A stretch of 64,000 bases of DNA from an uncultured Chloroflexia bacterium (GTDB lineage Bacteria; Chloroflexota; UBA6077; JACCZL01), in contig CAVXYC010000030.1 in the NCBI GenBank assembly GCA_963765765.1, positions 1-64,000 on the forward strand. The letters run 5' to 3'. Of this stretch, positions 29,878-40,328 are shown in pieces (within the stretch, counting starts at the first letter, position 1; each line of letters begins with the position of its first letter). The position numbers and the translations under genes are program-made. Under the pieces are notes generated by a model that was not told where the DNA came from, searched no databases, and saw only the letters and a program-made list of their open reading frames with translations.

Positions 29878-31608
29878 ATGAATCATTGGCCAGTCCATTT
29901 GCATCCGCGCTACGCGGTCCTCCTAACCGTGATGCTCCTGGCCGCCTGCGCGCCAGTGGCGCCCACGCCCGCTCAGCAATCGGCGCCGACAGCGCAGTCA
30001 CAGGCATCCGCCCCGACCGTCGCGAGCGTGCCGCCGACCGCCGTACCCGCGGCGCAGCCTGTGACGAAGCCGGCCGTGAACCGCCTTGTGCTCGCACTCA
30101 ACCCTCCTCTGACCGAGCACAACGACGTGCGGCACCTCGGGCAGTTCGATACCTGGCAGATCAAGCCGATCTACGAGTACTTGATTGGTACGGATCCCAA
30201 CACTGGCGGCTTGGTTCCTCAGCTTGCGACCGAGTGGCGCATCGAGGACAACGGCACCTCGGTGCGCTTCCTGCTACGGAAGGGCGTTCAATTCCAGAAA
30301 GGCTTTGGTGAATTCACCGCGGCTGACGTCGTTTTCTCCTGGCAAGACGTGGCAAGGGAGGATTCGCTGCACGGTGAGTCCCGCTACTGGCGCACGCTGG
30401 TGAAGCAGATCGACGTGATCAACGACCATGAGGTGGTTTTCAGACTTGCTCGGCCGGATGGCAATTTCATACCCGGTATCTCGGAGGCACAAAGCGGGAT
30501 GGAGATGCGTAGCAAGGCGCACTTCGATTCCCGGGGGGCCCCGACGATGGAGACAGAACCGCTCGTGGGAACTGGCCCCGTTCAGTACAAAGAGCGTCGT
30601 CAGGCCTCAATGGTGCTGTTCGAGCAAACGCCAGGTCCGCACTGGCGGCAGTCCTTTGAGTTTCCGGAGCTCGAGCTGCGCTTCCAGCGCGAGGCGTCCA
30701 CGCGTCTGGCCGGTCTCCTCGCCGGAGAGATCCACGGAACCACACTTTCTCAGGACCTGATGGCGGAAGCTCAGACAAAGGGGTTTCAGGTACTGCGTAA
30801 CCGTGCGCCGCTTCTGCGGGCCTATCTGGGCATGTCGTGCTGCTTCGTAAACCAGCCAGGCGACCCTGCACAGGGCTACAAGAATCCAGATAGCCCGCTC
30901 ATGGACGTGCGCGTTCGTCGTGCCTTGAACAAAGCGATCAACCGGGATGAGCTCAACAAGGCGTTCTTCGCGGGGAAGGGTGAGACGATGGTCAACAGTC
31001 ATTTCCATCCTACCTGGCCCGGTTGGAACCCGGAGTGGGAGAAGCGATTCCCTGATGAGTATGGCTACGATCCGGCGAAGGCGCGCGAGCTGCTCACCGA
31101 GGCCGGCAAGGTCGGACTCACGACAAATGTCTTCGTGCACTCCGTGCCACAGTATGCAGGGGCGGAGGACGTAGTTGAGTCAATCGCGGGCTACTGGGAC
31201 AAGATAGGTATCAAGGTCGAGCGCCTTCAGATGGACACGGCTCAGATCGCCGCTGGTCAGCGGGAGTTCAAGTTCACGAACCATCTGCGACCAGCCGGAA
31301 CGCAGGCGTCGCAGCTGCTTTCCATCACGGTATTCGCAACGTCCTACGGACCCCGCGGTGGCGCCTATGAGGACCCTAGCATCGATGCGCCTTTCTTACA
31401 GCTTCGCGACGTTATCGATCCGAGCAATCAGGGCCCATACTTCCGCGCCGTGGGCGACGCGATGTTCGAGCAACATGGCTCCATTCCGCTTTACTGGCTA
31501 CCATCAGAAATCCTGGTGAGCCCTCGAGTCATTGGTGAGTACGTGTTTCCGGGCGCCGTCGCTTCCAACGGCGGACATATCACAAACATCAAACCGGCGC
31601 GGAGCTAG
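29878..31608 (+). CDS. Family-5 ABC substrate-binding lipoprotein
   Basis: LAAC lipobox, LRKGVQF..FTAADVVF, DVRVRRALNKAINR. Confidence 0.88.
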   Translation: MNHWPVHLHPRYAVLLTVMLLAACAPVAPTPAQQSAPTAQSQASAPTVASVPPTAVPAAQPVTKPAVNRLVLALNPPLTEHNDVRHLGQFDTWQIKPIYEYLIGTDPNTGGLVPQLATEWRIEDNGTSVRFLLRKGVQFQKGFGEFTAADVVFSWQDVAREDSLHGESRYWRTLVKQIDVINDHEVVFRLARPDGNFIPGISEAQSGMEMRSKAHFDSRGAPTMETEPLVGTGPVQYKERRQASMVLFEQTPGPHWRQSFEFPELELRFQREASTRLAGLLAGEIHGTTLSQDLMAEAQTKGFQVLRNRAPLLRAYLGMSCCFVNQPGDPAQGYKNPDSPLMDVRVRRALNKAINRDELNKAFFAGKGETMVNSHFHPTWPGWNPEWEKRFPDEYGYDPAKARELLTEAGKVGLTTNVFVHSVPQYAGAEDVVESIAGYWDKIGIKVERLQMDTAQIAAGQREFKFTNHLRPAGTQASQLLSITVFATSYGPRGGAYEDPSIDAPFLQLRDVIDPSNQGPYFRAVGDAMFEQHGSIPLYWLPSEILVSPRVIGEYVFPGAVASNGGHITNIKPARS

Positions 31609-31655
31609 CACATGCACCCGGCGGTCATCGTATCGCCGATCTCAGGAGAACTCTG

Positions 31656-32822
31656 ATGGATTTCAGCCTCTCGTCCGAACAGAAGATGATTCTCCAGACC
31701 GTTCGCGAGTTCGTCCGACGCGAGCTCATGCCGCTGGAGGCGGAAGTCCAGAAGGCCGACGCCGAAGGACGCGTCTTCATGGACCGAGCGCGGCTGCAGG
31801 CGCTTCAAGCGCGGGCCAGGACCGCTGGTCTCTGGGGCCTGATGACGCCCGAAGAGTATGGCGGAGCCGACGTGGGGCGCTTGATGACCGCGCTCATCGC
31901 CATGGAGACGGCGCATGCACTGGTGCCCTTTCAGTATGGCGGCAGCGCGGACAACATTCTCTTCGCCGGGAATGACGAGCAAAAGGAGCGTTACCTTCTA
32001 CCCGTGATCGCCGGCGAGCGCCTGAGCTGCTTCGCCCTGACGGAGCCGGGTGGTGGCTCGGATGCCACGAATATTCAGACGATGGCCGTGCGGGATGGCT
32101 CGGGCTGGGTCATCAACGGGCGGAAGATCTTCATCTCCAACGGCAGCGATGCCGACTTCGCGATCATATTCGCGGTGACGGACAAGGAGAAGCGACATCG
32201 CGGCGGCATCACCGCGTTTCTCGTGGATCGAGAGATGGGCTGGTCCAGCACGCCCATGAAATTCATGAGTGCGTGGGCCGCGGCGGAGATTGAGCTTGTC
32301 GACGTCCGCGTCCCGGATTCGGCGGTGCTGGGCGAAGTAGGCGGCGGATTCGATCTGGCGATGCGCTGGATCGGAAACGGTCGCATCCAGATACCGGCGC
32401 GGTCCGTTGGCACAGCCCAGCGCTTGCTGGAGATGGGCATCGACTTCGCCCGTCAGCGGGTTGCCTTCGGGTCGCCGATCGCTGATTACCAGGCGATCCA
32501 GTGGATGATCGCTGACAGCGCCATCGAGATCGAACAGGTCAAATGGGTGACGCTCCACACCGCCTGGAAGGCCGACACAGGCGCCGACGTGCGGCATGAC
32601 CAGTCGATTGCCAAGATCAGCGGCGCTCAGATGGTCTGGCGGGTGGTCGATCGTGTCATGCAGATCCACGGGGGCACAGGATACACGCGCGATCTGCCGA
32701 TTGAGCGGATCATGCGCGAAGTGCGGGTGCTGCGCATCTTCGAAGGCACGGATGAGATCCAGAAGCGCACCATCGCCCGGAACCTCATTCGCGGCCACGT
32801 CCCTGTGAATTCGTGGGATTGA
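31656..32822 (+). CDS. Acyl-CoA dehydrogenase
   Basis: FALTEPGGGSDA, NGRKIFISN, QIHGGTG, RIFEGTDEIQ. Confidence 0.93.
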   Translation: MDFSLSSEQKMILQTVREFVRRELMPLEAEVQKADAEGRVFMDRARLQALQARARTAGLWGLMTPEEYGGADVGRLMTALIAMETAHALVPFQYGGSADNILFAGNDEQKERYLLPVIAGERLSCFALTEPGGGSDATNIQTMAVRDGSGWVINGRKIFISNGSDADFAIIFAVTDKEKRHRGGITAFLVDREMGWSSTPMKFMSAWAAAEIELVDVRVPDSAVLGEVGGGFDLAMRWIGNGRIQIPARSVGTAQRLLEMGIDFARQRVAFGSPIADYQAIQWMIADSAIEIEQVKWVTLHTAWKADTGADVRHDQSIAKISGAQMVWRVVDRVMQIHGGTGYTRDLPIERIMREVRVLRIFEGTDEIQKRTIARNLIRGHVPVNSWD

Positions 32823-33256
32823 TATCCGCAGATTTACGCAGATGAACACAGATTATTTAGGGGTTAGAACGAGGCGTTTGTACTGGAGGCTTGGCGTGCC
32901 GAAGTTGAGAAGAACGGCGCGCTCAAGACGTGTGATTCGAAGATAATTAATCACCTGGGCAGCCTCGATGCCGGTAAGCGCCTGGAGCGCCTTGCACTCC
33001 ACCAGGACCATCCCGAAGCACACGAAGTCTGCGCGATAGTAGCTCGGAAGCACGCGGTCTTTGTAATGGACCGGCAGCAGCTTCTCTCGCTCGAATGGAA
33101 TTGCCTGTGCGGCAAACTCGACGCTCAGCGCATCCTGGTAAACGGCCTCAAGAAAACCGTGACCCAGCTCACGATGCACTTCCATCGCGGCGCCGATCAC
33201 AGCGTAAGTCTCTGAATCCCTCTCTATCTGTGTAAATCTGCGTGAATCTGCGGATA
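32823..33256. mobile_element. Candidate mini-element: GxxExxY gene bounded by 31-bp inverted repeats
   Basis: Left TATCCGCAGATTTACGCAGATGAACACAGAT (32823-32853); right (reverse complement of 33226-33256) TATCCGCAGATTCACGCAGATTTACACAGAT; 28/31 identical. Confidence 0.75.
32853..33227 (-). CDS. GxxExxY protein (PD-(D/E)XK-like nuclease fold); start uncertain (ATA 33227 or GTG 33200)
   Basis: ETYAVIGAAMEVHRELGHGFLEAVYQDAL, YRADFVC, VECKA, AQVINYL, LLNFG. Confidence 0.9.
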   Translation of the reverse strand: MERDSETYAVIGAAMEVHRELGHGFLEAVYQDALSVEFAAQAIPFEREKLLPVHYKDRVLPSYYRADFVCFGMVLVECKALQALTGIEAAQVINYLRITRLERAVLLNFGTPSLQYKRLVLTPK

Positions 33257-33258
33257 AC

Positions 33259-33673
33259 TCAGCGTGGGCGAAAGCGAGGGCAGCGTCATGGAGTCGGTCA
33301 CGTCATCGTAGACGACTTGCACCGGGATGCCCACGCGGACGGCTTCGGGCGTGGGGTCCACGTCGACCAGATTGGTCAGCATGCGGGCCCCCTCCTCGAG
33401 CTCGATAAGCGCGACGACATAGGGGACCTCGGCGCCAAAGGCCGGATTGGGATGTCGATGTGGGATGGTGAACGCGTGCACCACGCCACGACCTGAGACG
33501 GGCATCCAGACGAGCTCCTCGGACATGCAGCTCGGACACAAAGACCGCGGGTAGAAGATGTACTGCCCGCAGCCGCCACACCGCTGGATCTGCATGGCGT
33601 GCGCCTTGACGCTCTCCCAGAACGGGGCGGTGACCGGGTCTGGAGTGGGGAGCGGCTTCGTATAGTCGGCCAT
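33259..33673 (-). CDS. Zn-ribbon/OB-fold (DUF35) protein (+1 frameshift near 33279)
   Basis: CGGC..CPSC, IELEEGARMLTNLV; corrected end TLPRFRPR* at 33259. Confidence 0.87.
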
Positions 33674-33675
33674 GG

Positions 33676-34834
33676 CTAGACCCTCCCGAGAATGGCTGTG
33701 CCGGTAGCCGAGAGCACGCCACCAGTACCGTGAACCAGCCCGATCCGCGCGTCCTTGACCTGACGACTCCCCTGGTCGGCGTAATCGTGTCGGAGCTGCC
33801 GTACCGCCTCGATGAGCAGGAAGATCCCGAACATGCCAGGGTGCGTGTAGGAGAGCCCGCCGCCGCTCGTATTGAGCGGGAAATCTCCGCCGGGCGCCGT
33901 GCGTTGGCCGCTGACGAACGCCCCGCCCTCGCCCTTTGCGCAGAAACCCAGGTCTTCCAGACTGAGGAGCACCGTGTAGGTGAACGAGTCGTAGACCTCG
34001 ACTACATCAATGTCATCGTGCTTTACGCCGGCCATGCTAAAGGCGCGCGGAGCGGAGATGCGCCCCGGCCCATGCGTGAGGTCCGGGCATCTGGCTGATC
34101 ATCGAGTGGTCATGGCCTTCGCCGAACCCCAGCACGGCGATCGGCGTGCGCGGGAGATCCCGGGCGCGCTCCATGCTGGTCAGCACGACGGCGCCGGCAG
34201 CGTCCGTGACCAGGCAGCAGTCCAGCAGGTTGAACGGCCAGGTGATCATGCGCGAGGAGAGCACATCCTCGATTGTGAGAGGCTCCCGCATCAAGGCCTT
34301 GGGATTGAGCGTCGCCCACGCGCGGGTGGCAACGGCGATCTCGGCAAGCTGCTCCTTCGTTGTTCCGTACTGGTACATGTGTCGGCTACAGGCCAGGGCA
34401 TACGAGCCTGCCGGGCTGGGAATGCCATACGGCTCCTCGAACTGGGACCGCAGGCCACCGGAGCGCATCCCCGGCATCCCAACTCGCGACTTGCCGCTTT
34501 CACCATGAGTGATGAGTGCCACGTCGCACAGTCCGTGGGCAATGGCCAACGCGGCGTGACCGACGTGAATCACGAAGGATGAGCCGCCCACGCTCGTGCT
34601 GTCGGTGTAGCGTGGTTGGATGCCCAGATATTCGGCGATCTCGACGCTGGCAAACCCACCGCCCAGCGCGGACGAGAAGACCCCGTCCACATCACGGAGC
34701 GTCAGGCCAGCGTCACGTAGCGCATTACGGGCGGCTTCTGCCTGAAGCTGGACTGCCGGCTTATTCGGGATGATCCCGATCTCGTCGGACTCGTCGACGC
34801 CGACGATCGCGACCTTGCCTGAAATCTCGCTCAT
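33676..34834 (-). CDS. Thiolase-like (SCP-x/Ltp2-type) protein, frameshifted near 34040-34085
   Basis: DSTSVGGSS, LDCCLVTD, then YDSFT, NTSGGGLSYTHPG in the second fragment. Confidence 0.85.
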
Positions 34835-35826
34835 GGCTCAGCGTGCGGCGATTCCCAGAAGCGCCGTCCTCCGCCGAGGTCCGTCCAAGGACCTTCTTCG
34901 TGCTTGTTCCAGACGTTCATGAAGGTACTCCCCGTTGGCGGCTGGAGATTCTTACCAAGCGTCTCTGGGAAAATACGCGCAAGCTCATTCGCATCCCACC
35001 GCCCGGTCGACTGGACGGCGCGCACCGCCGTCGGTTGCTGCAGGATCCCGTAGCTGTAGCCCTGTGAGTAAAACGTCTGGCCGGTCACCTCCGCCGCGGC
35101 GTCGCTGGAGAGGTAGACGACCAGGGGCGCTACGTTGTCGGGGTCACGCTCTGTGCCGATAGCCAGCTCACTGGGCCATTTGCCGGTCTCTTCGAATACT
35201 TTCTTTCCGCGCGGGGTGGTGTCGGTCATGCGGGTGGCGGCCGTCGGAATGATGGAGTTGGCGGTAACGCCGTAGCGTCCCATTCCGAGCGCGGTGGACC
35301 ACATCAGGCCCATGATGCCAGCCTTCGCAGGGCCGTAATTCGGCTGGCCGGCGCTGCCCAGCGCGGCGGGTGACGACATGCTAATCACCCGACCGTTCTG
35401 CTGCTCCCGCATGTGGATGCAGGCCGCTCGGGTGCAGTTGAACGAGCCCTTGAGGTGGACGGCCACCACCGCGTCGAACTCTTCCTCGGTCATGTTGAAG
35501 ATCATGCGGTCGCGCAGGATGCCGGCGACGTTGACCAGGATGTCGATCCGACCGAACGTGTCCACTACCTGCTGGACCATCGCCGTGGCGGCGTCGAAAT
35601 CGGCCACGGAGTCGTAGTTGGCCACGGCCTGGCCGCCGGTGACTTCGATCTCGTCAACCACTTGTTGCGCCGGTGACCGTTCTTCGCCTTCGCCCGTGAG
35701 GTGAACGCCGAGATCGTTGACAACCACGCGGGCACCCTCGAGCGCCAGTGCTATAGCGATCCCGCGACCGATGCCACGCCCGGCGCCGGTGACCAGCGCC
35801 GCTTTCCCATCTAACATTCCCACCAT
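34831..35826 (-). CDS. Short-chain dehydrogenase/reductase
   Basis: TGAGRGIG, NVAGILRD, YGPAK catalytic YxxxK; GGAGG RBS before ATG 35826. Confidence 0.9.
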   Translation of the reverse strand: MVGMLDGKAALVTGAGRGIGRGIAIALALEGARVVVNDLGVHLTGEGEERSPAQQVVDEIEVTGGQAVANYDSVADFDAATAMVQQVVDTFGRIDILVNVAGILRDRMIFNMTEEEFDAVVAVHLKGSFNCTRAACIHMREQQNGRVISMSSPAALGSAGQPNYGPAKAGIMGLMWSTALGMGRYGVTANSIIPTAATRMTDTTPRGKKVFEETGKWPSELAIGTERDPDNVAPLVVYLSSDAAAEVTGQTFYSQGYSYGILQQPTAVRAVQSTGRWDANELARIFPETLGKNLQPPTGSTFMNVWNKHEEGPWTDLGGGRRFWESPHAEP

Positions 35827-35911
35827 AATCCTCCAGACGAATGCCACCCTCTGCGTGCGTTGAATGAGCTCTTATACGGCCCGTTCCGCCATGATGCCTC
35901 CCGGTCGCTGA

Positions 35912-36391
35912 CTATGCCTCGAGATAGTGGCGCCCTATCCACTCCGAGACGAGCGCCGGCTTCTCCGAGCCCTCGATCTCCACCGTGTGCTGATAGGTGA
36001 GCTGCGCTATATCCGGGCCGGGCTCTTCCACATTGACCAGCTTGCTACGCAGTCGGATGCGCTTACCCACGGGGACCGGCGAGACAAAGCGCACGCGGTT
36101 GAGGCCGTAGTTCACGCTCATCTTGCTCTTGAGGCTGATCTTGATGCCTTCCATCTCCCGGCCTAGCAGCAGGGTGAGCGAAAGCGTCAGGTAGCCGTGG
36201 GCGATAGTGCCACCGAACGGGCCCTTGGCCGCGCGCTCCGGGTCCACGTGGATCCACTGATGATCGCCGGTAGCATCCGCGAAGGCGTTGACCCGCTCCT
36301 GGGTCATCTCGAACCACGGCCCCACGCCCAGCTCCTGTCCCACCAGGGGCTTGGCATCAGCGACCGATTCAACGACGCGCGACTCAGGCAT
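35912..36391 (-). CDS. MaoC-family (R)-hydratase
   Basis: FADATGDHQWIHVD, TIAHGYLTL, NYGLNRVRF. Confidence 0.9.
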   Translation of the reverse strand: MPESRVVESVADAKPLVGQELGVGPWFEMTQERVNAFADATGDHQWIHVDPERAAKGPFGGTIAHGYLTLSLTLLLGREMEGIKISLKSKMSVNYGLNRVRFVSPVPVGKRIRLRSKLVNVEEPGPDIAQLTYQHTVEIEGSEKPALVSEWIGRHYLEA

Positions 36392-36436
36392 GTTGCTCCT
36401 CCGGGCGTTCTCGGTTTACCCCTGCGGGTTCCAGGT

Positions 36437-36456
36437 AATCAAGCGATCGATTGATT
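36437..36456. promoter_or_regulatory. Candidate TetR operator upstream of the maoC operon
   Basis: Reverse complement AATCAATCGATCGCTTGATT matches the other two sites. Confidence 0.55.
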
Positions 36457-36600
36457 CTAGGGAGCGTCGTCGGCTGAGTCAATCTTCTGTTGCTCGGCAT
36501 TCAACGCGTGAACTCGACGCGGCGGAATCGTACGGCGAAGGCCCGCGCCTGCGAAGTCAGATCCAGTCGCAGGGGAGTGTCGTAGGGCACGCGAAGGCTA

Positions 36601-36619
36601 ATCAATCAAACGCTTGACA
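36601..36619. promoter_or_regulatory. Candidate TetR operator overlapping a TTGACA -35 for the CoA ligase gene
   Basis: ATCAATCAAACGCTTGACA; TTGACA at 36614-36619. Confidence 0.55.
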
Positions 36620-36699
36620 GAGTGGCTTACTTTGCGTAATCGTTATCCAGCGCAGATTTAGCCGTCTGAGCGGCTCGAGAGATTGCTCGAGGAGGGTGC

Positions 36700-38248
36700 A
36701 TGCCTGTTCCCAACTTCTGGACGCGAGCTGAAGCGGATCCTGCACCACGTGGCGATCATCGATCCCGCGGGGCGGGAGGTGAGCGCCGGCGAGCTTCTCG
36801 TCAGCGTGAACCAGGTGGTTCACGGACTCCGTGGGCTAGGACTCGAGCCGGGAGATTCCATCGCCGCGATGCTCCCCAACTCAATCGAGGCGTTTGAGCT
36901 GCAGCTCGCCATCATGCAAGCCGGCTGGTACATGACGCCGATTAACTATCATCTGGTCGGCCCGGAAGTCGCCTACATCGTCAACGACTGCGAAGCCAAG
37001 GCGTTCTTCGCCCACGCGCGCTTCGCGGAGGCGGTTCAGAACGCCGCCCCGGAGCTCAATGTGTCCGCTCGGGGGCGCTTCTCTGTGGGGGAGATTGCCG
37101 GGTTTCGCGCGTACGGCGAGCTGAAGTCGGGCATGCCCACGACGCGGCCCCAGGCCACTACGGCCGGCCGCATGATGATGTATACGTCTGGTACGACCGG
37201 TCGCTCCAAGGGTGTTCGCCGCCCGTTGCCGACTCTGGCGCCAGACGAATTCGAGGGCTTTTCCACGGGCCTGCAGCACTATCGGATCGCGCCTGCTCCC
37301 GACCACGTCCACCTTCTCGCCTGTCCCTGGTATCACACTGCCCCAAACGTGATGGCCTCGGCGTCGCTCCATCTGGGCCACACCCTGCTCGAGATGGATA
37401 GGTGGGACGCCGAGCATGCGCTGGCGCTGATCGAAGAGCGGCGCGTCACCCTCTCGCACCTCGTTCCCACGCAATTTGCCCGGCTGCTGGCGCTGCCCGA
37501 TGAGGTTAAGTCCCGCTATGACTTGTCCTCGTTGCGCAACATCATCCACGGGGCCGCGCCGTGCCCGCCAGAAGTCAAACGTCGGATGTTGGAATGGTGG
37601 GGGCCAATCATTTACGAGTACTACTCGTCCACTGAGGGTGGCGGGACGGTCGGCTTTCCCGAAGATTGGCTGTCCCGACCAGGGACGGTGGGCAAGCCCT
37701 GGCCTGGGGCGGAGATCGTCATCCTGGACGATGACGGCCAGCCGCAACCGCCGGGCGCGGTGGGGACCGTGTGCTTTGTGGGCTCCGGGGGACCGTTCCA
37801 GTATTTCAAGGATCCGGAGAAATCCAGCCAGGCGCGGCGCGGAAAGTACACGACCGTCGGGGACATCGGCTACTTCGACGAGGACGGGTTTCTCTTCCTG
37901 TGCGATCGCAAGGCCGACATCGTGGTCTCCGGCGGTGTGAACATCTACCCGGCGGAGATCGAAGCCGTGCTCATCACACATCCGCGCGTCGTAGACGTCG
38001 GGGTCTTCGGCGTTCCTAACGCGGAGTGGGGCGAGGAGGTCAAGGCGGTCATCGAGCTGAATCCGTCGGACACGGGCTCGTCGGATCTCGCGGACGAGCT
38101 GCTGCGCTTCTGCGAGGGCAAGCTCGCCCGCTTCAAGCTCCCCAAATCATTCGAATTTACGAACCAGCTTCCGCGTGATCCAAGCGGCAAGCTCTACCGT
38201 CGCAAGCTTCGGGAGCCGTACTGGGCTGCCCTGCCGAAATCGATCTGA
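36700..38248 (+). CDS. Acyl-CoA synthetase (AMP-binding), frameshift near 36741
   Basis: ATG 36700 after GGAGG gives MPVPNFW; YTSGTTGRSKG, YSSTEGG, GDIGY, SGGVNIYPAEIE, GKL. Confidence 0.9.
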
Positions 38249-38410
38249 GGTGCGCAAAAGAGGAGCAGTGGAGGCACTGCGCCACGTTCAGAATCAACTG
38301 GTGAAAGGGATCCAATCGGCTGTCTTTGATCCATCGTGAGTGCCCCGGTCCGGGTCCGTGTGATCGTCGCGTAGGGACGATCAGTCTCATCGTTCGATGG
38401 GAGGTTCACT

Positions 38411-40149
38411 GTGTCTCGATCGTCTGGTATCCGCCGCTTCGTGCGGCTCGCGGGGTGTCTCGGCGCTGTCGCGCTCACGGCATGCTCCGGCGCGGCTCCG
38501 GCAGCATCGCCAACTGCATCGAAGCCCGCCACCACCGCGCCCGTCGCGGCGTCTAAGAGTGAGCCCGCCAATCCGGCAGCCGTCCCGCCGGTAGCTGAGA
38601 ACCCGCCTGGCCAGCCCACGGTACAGAGGCTCGTTATGAGCCTGGTAGGTCCCGGGCGTGAGAGCAATGACGTCCGCTTGGACGGGAACCTGGACGTCTG
38701 GCAGCACAAGCCGATGTACGAGTATCTCATCGGCTACGACCCCCAGACGGGCAAGTACATCCCTCAGCTGGCCACGGAGTGGGCTCTCGAGCCGGACCAG
38801 CTCTCGTTCCGAATGAAGCTCAGACCAGGCGTGCAGTTCCATAAGAACATGGGTGAGTTCACCGCCCGGGACGTCGTCTTCACCTGGCAGGAGATGAAAA
38901 AGGACGACACCCTGAATGGCTGGGTTCCCTGGTATCAGAACACTGTGACGGATATCGAGGTCGTCAACGACCACGAGGTGGTCTTCCACCTCAACCGGGA
39001 GGACAGCAATTTCGTCAATATCCTCTCCGAGGCTGATGCGGGCTTCGAGATCCGCAGCAAGGCCCACGCGGACGCCATGGGTGCCCCCATGATGGAAGGA
39101 CAGCCGTACGCCGGAACCGGCCCTTATCAGTACAAGGAGCGGGTGCAGGCTCAATACATTCGCTACGAGCGTGTGCCGTACCAGCACTGGCGCGTCCAGA
39201 CCGCGTATCCGGAGTTCGAGTATCGCTTCCAGCGAGAGGCTTCTACACGACTCGCTGGTCTCCTGGCCGGCGAGTTGCACCTGGCTCAGCTTCCCCAGGA
39301 TCTCCTGGCCGAGGCGGAGAAGAAGGGCTTCACCTCTATAAGCAGTAGCCTGCCCGGGCTGCGGGCGTTCATCCAGACCTATTGTTGCCAGGTTGTGGAC
39401 CCAGCGGATCCGACCAAAGGCTATCAGGCCACGGGCTCACCGCTCCTGGATGGGCGCGTTCGAATGGCGCTCAATAAGGCAATCAATCGCGACGAGCTCA
39501 ATAAGTCACTCCTGGCCGGTAAGGGTGAGCGGATGATGATCCAGGCTCATCACCCCAGCCGGCCCGCTGGGACCCCGGTTGGGAGCAGCGCTGGCCGGAG
39601 CTCTACGGCTACGATCCAGCGGCTGCGCGAGCCTTGCTGGCCGAGGCCGGATATGGGCCTGGAAAGCCAGTGCCAACCAATATTCTCATGGAGCCACAGC
39701 CGTCCATTCCGGCCGCCGAGGATATGCTGGAGGCGATTGCCGGATACTGGCGAGCCGTTGGAGTTCAGCCGGAGCTTTTGCAGGTGGATCCTACGGAGAT
39801 CCGGAACGCGGCTCGGCAGCGGAAATACACCAACCACTTCTCCATGCGGTCGAGCAACGGCGCGATGTACACCACCATCAACGGGTTCTTCCTGATCGGT
39901 GGCTCTCGGTCCAGTTATTTCGAGGATTTCGATCTGGACACGGCGGTGAACGCCGCGGTGAGCACGTACGACGAGAAGAAGCAGGATGAGGCCTGGCGGC
40001 AGGCTGGCGAGGTGATGTTCTCACGCCACTCGCACATTCCACTTTTCTGGATTCCCGCCCAGATCGTCGCCAATCCGAAGGTGGTGTCCGAATACATCTT
40101 CCCGGGAAACGTGAGCGGGACGTGGTCGCACGTCTACACGATGAAGTAG
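38411..40149 (+). CDS. Family-5 ABC substrate-binding lipoprotein, frameshift near 39560
   Basis: LTAC lipobox; fragments 38411.. and 39634..40149 align to paralog 41114..42865. Confidence 0.85.
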
Positions 40150-40328
40150 GTCCGGATGGGGTGGAGCTGTCTAACGAGCACCGCGCTGCTTGGACGGCTC
40201 CACCTAATCCGGAGGCACGCAGTCCTGACGCCGCCGCACGGTCGGCCGGCTCGCCGCGGCTTACAGGCAAGTACATAGAATAGTGGAATGGACGTGAGCT
40301 CCGTGGAGACTCGTGAAGGCAGAGCGTC

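Noticed and set aside
40168-40270. attC-like start GTCTAAC (also at ~6216 and ~49168)
   Set aside because: No matching GTTAGRC right end or L-box pairing, and no integron integrase in the window.
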